Part shown: positions 22,756 through 24,000 of the stretch, piece by piece | Layout of the letters: each line of letters starts with the position of its first letter | Numbering within the stretch: the first letter of the stretch is position 1 | Assembly (NCBI GenBank): GCA_030609055.1 | Contig: JAUWCZ010000011.1 | Span: forward strand, 1-24,000 | From: Chloroflexota bacterium | Lineage (GTDB): Bacteria > Chloroflexota > Anaerolineae > Anaerolineales > UBA11858 | DNA: 24,000 nt | Direction of reading: 5' to 3' | The notes under the pieces: model-generated | The model's database searches: none | Seen by the model: only the letters and a program-made list of their open reading frames with translations | Told to the model about the DNA's origin: nothing | Position numbers and translations under genes: made by a program

Positions 22756-23769
22756 TCAGATTTCAATCTCGGTATGATCCCCAATATTGATAGAGTGAGA
22801 CTCTCCTTTGATCACGGTAAACTGACCGATTAATGAAGCCTCTAGAATCACATCTTCAACCTGGGTCTTCTTTTCAATTATCGAATTCTGGATAACACTG
22901 CCCAGAATTCGGCAGCCTGCTTCTATCGTGGCATGTGGTCCGATGACCGAGGATTCCACTTCCGCTTCCGGGTGGATGTATACTGGAGGAATTATATTAA
23001 CCCCCATCCGTTGGCCAGCTTTTTCAGAGTTATCATGTCCATGATCCAAAAGGTAGCGGTTGGTGCTTAACACAGCTTCAAATGTCCCGGCATCCAGCCA
23101 GACATTGACTTTCTGGGTGCGCATATGACAACTTCCACTCTCCAGCATTATATTAATTGCATCTGCCAGGAAAAACTCCCCCTTGAGCTGAACTTTCTGG
23201 TCCATTTGCATTTCAATCGCCTGGATTAAATCCTGTCCTTTTTTAAAATAATAAAATCCCACCAGCGCCAGGTTGTTATCCATCGCTTTGGGTTTTTCAA
23301 TCAACCGGGTAACCCGCTGTTTCTTCCCCACCTCGGCAACACCGAATCGTCTGGGGTCCGGGACCGGTTTCACCCAAGCGACAATGTCTGATTTCTCTTG
23401 ATCAAGGAAGGAAAGGTCAGTCTCAATCAACGTATCCGCAAAAACCATGATCATTGGTCCATCAATATATTCCTTTGCCAAGTAGATAGCATGGGATTGG
23501 CCACGCATTTCCTCCTGAACCACAAAGTGCACTGTCAGTTCAGGATGCTCTTCTTCCATAAAGGTCTGGATTTTGTCTCCCAGGTAGCCGACAACAAAGA
23601 CATATTCCACTTTTAGGTCAGCCGGTAGAGTGGCAAATGTATCCAATACATGTTCAATGACGGTTTTACCAGCCAGGCTGATCAGTTGTTTCGGTCTGCT
23701 CCAGGTGTGAGGTCTGAGTCGTTTCCCGTAACCTGCCATGGGAATAACTACTTTTAGTATCTTTTTCAT
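22756..23769 (-). CDS. Sugar-phosphate nucleotidyltransferase (glucose-1-phosphate thymidylyl/uridylyltransferase-like) with a C-terminal left-handed beta-helix
   Basis: N-terminal signature VIPMAGYGKRLRPHTWSRPKQLISLAGKTVIEHVLD (G-x-G-x-R-L). The C-terminal hexapeptide-repeat-like segment reads IGPHATIEAGCRILGSVIQNSIIEKKTQVEDVILEASLIG. 337 aa. Confidence 0.8.
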   Translation of the reverse strand: MKKILKVVIPMAGYGKRLRPHTWSRPKQLISLAGKTVIEHVLDTFATLPADLKVEYVFVVGYLGDKIQTFMEEEHPELTVHFVVQEEMRGQSHAIYLAKEYIDGPMIMVFADTLIETDLSFLDQEKSDIVAWVKPVPDPRRFGVAEVGKKQRVTRLIEKPKAMDNNLALVGFYYFKKGQDLIQAIEMQMDQKVQLKGEFFLADAINIMLESGSCHMRTQKVNVWLDAGTFEAVLSTNRYLLDHGHDNSEKAGQRMGVNIIPPVYIHPEAEVESSVIGPHATIEAGCRILGSVIQNSIIEKKTQVEDVILEASLIGQFTVIKGESHSINIGDHTEIEI

Positions 23770-23921
23770 CTGTTCCCCTTTGATTCAATCAACTTTTTGG
23801 AAATTCATTATAACGGAGATATACTCCTTGAGGTACTGACAAATGACACAGCCAGATGTGGAAACCCCTTAACGTTCTTAGTGGTCTTAGGGGCAGAAAG
23901 ATCCTTCCCCGGTCCAGAAAC

Positions 23922-24000
23922 TCAGGCTAACTGTGTGTCCAACTCCGTCAGGGTTTTTTCAATCAGCTGAACAATTGAACCCAGGGTATCCGCATCAAAT
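23922..24000 (-). CDS. C-terminal 25 codons of an unidentified gene entering from beyond the window
   Basis: The minus-strand frame is open from 23999 to TGA at 23924-23922 (..FDADTLGSIVQLIEKTLTELDTQLA*). It is too short to identify. Confidence 0.3.
   Translation of the reverse strand, partial: FDADTLGSIVQLIEKTLTELDTQLA

Overview
This is a 24-kb bacterial chromosomal segment. Gene content and protein style look Chloroflexota/Anaerolineae-like, but I cannot verify that without a search. Most of it is ordinary housekeeping, largely on the minus strand.

Housekeeping genes, in order:
- a partial UPF0104 flippase-like membrane protein, a TolB/PD40-repeat protein and queG
- a Fur-family-regulated metal (probably zinc) ABC operon, zur-znuA-znuC-znuB, with a consensus promoter and a Fur-box palindrome
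- a LysM protein, a lipoprotein with an NBR1-like Ig domain, a Nudix hydrolase and miaB
- a small SWIM zinc-finger protein and a GNAT acetyltransferase
- dtd and trpS, a MEMO-family protein, a CNNM/CorC-type protein and priA
- a sugar nucleotidyltransferase at the right end

Three things stand out.
1. A SelW/Rdx-family selenoprotein gene lies directly upstream of trpS (14386..14634, minus). The ORF track truncates it because it contains an in-frame TGA inside a CxxU redox motif, followed by a SECIS-like hairpin.
2. An IS200-like Y1/HUH transposase gene (12410..12808) is flanked by about 50-bp imperfect inverted repeats. Each repeat is built from two hairpins, which is a REPtron/RAYT-like layout.
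3. A 2,862-bp AT/GC-heterogeneous insert (19806..22667) carries a self-inhibited Fic AMPylase-type gene and an IS110-family (DEDD, bridge-RNA-type) recombinase.
   - It is bracketed by an 11-bp direct repeat that is 10/11 identical.
   - It sits inside a relic class-I aminotransferase gene, whose two halves rejoin in frame if the insert is removed.
   - The 401-nt non-coding tail after the recombinase gene has stems, repeats and short matches to the insert termini, so it could encode a bridge/seek-type guide RNA.

I found no rRNA, tRNA or CRISPR array. I also found no convincing multi-gene novel defence system. The Fic plus IS110 insert and the hidden selenoprotein are the best candidates for follow-up.
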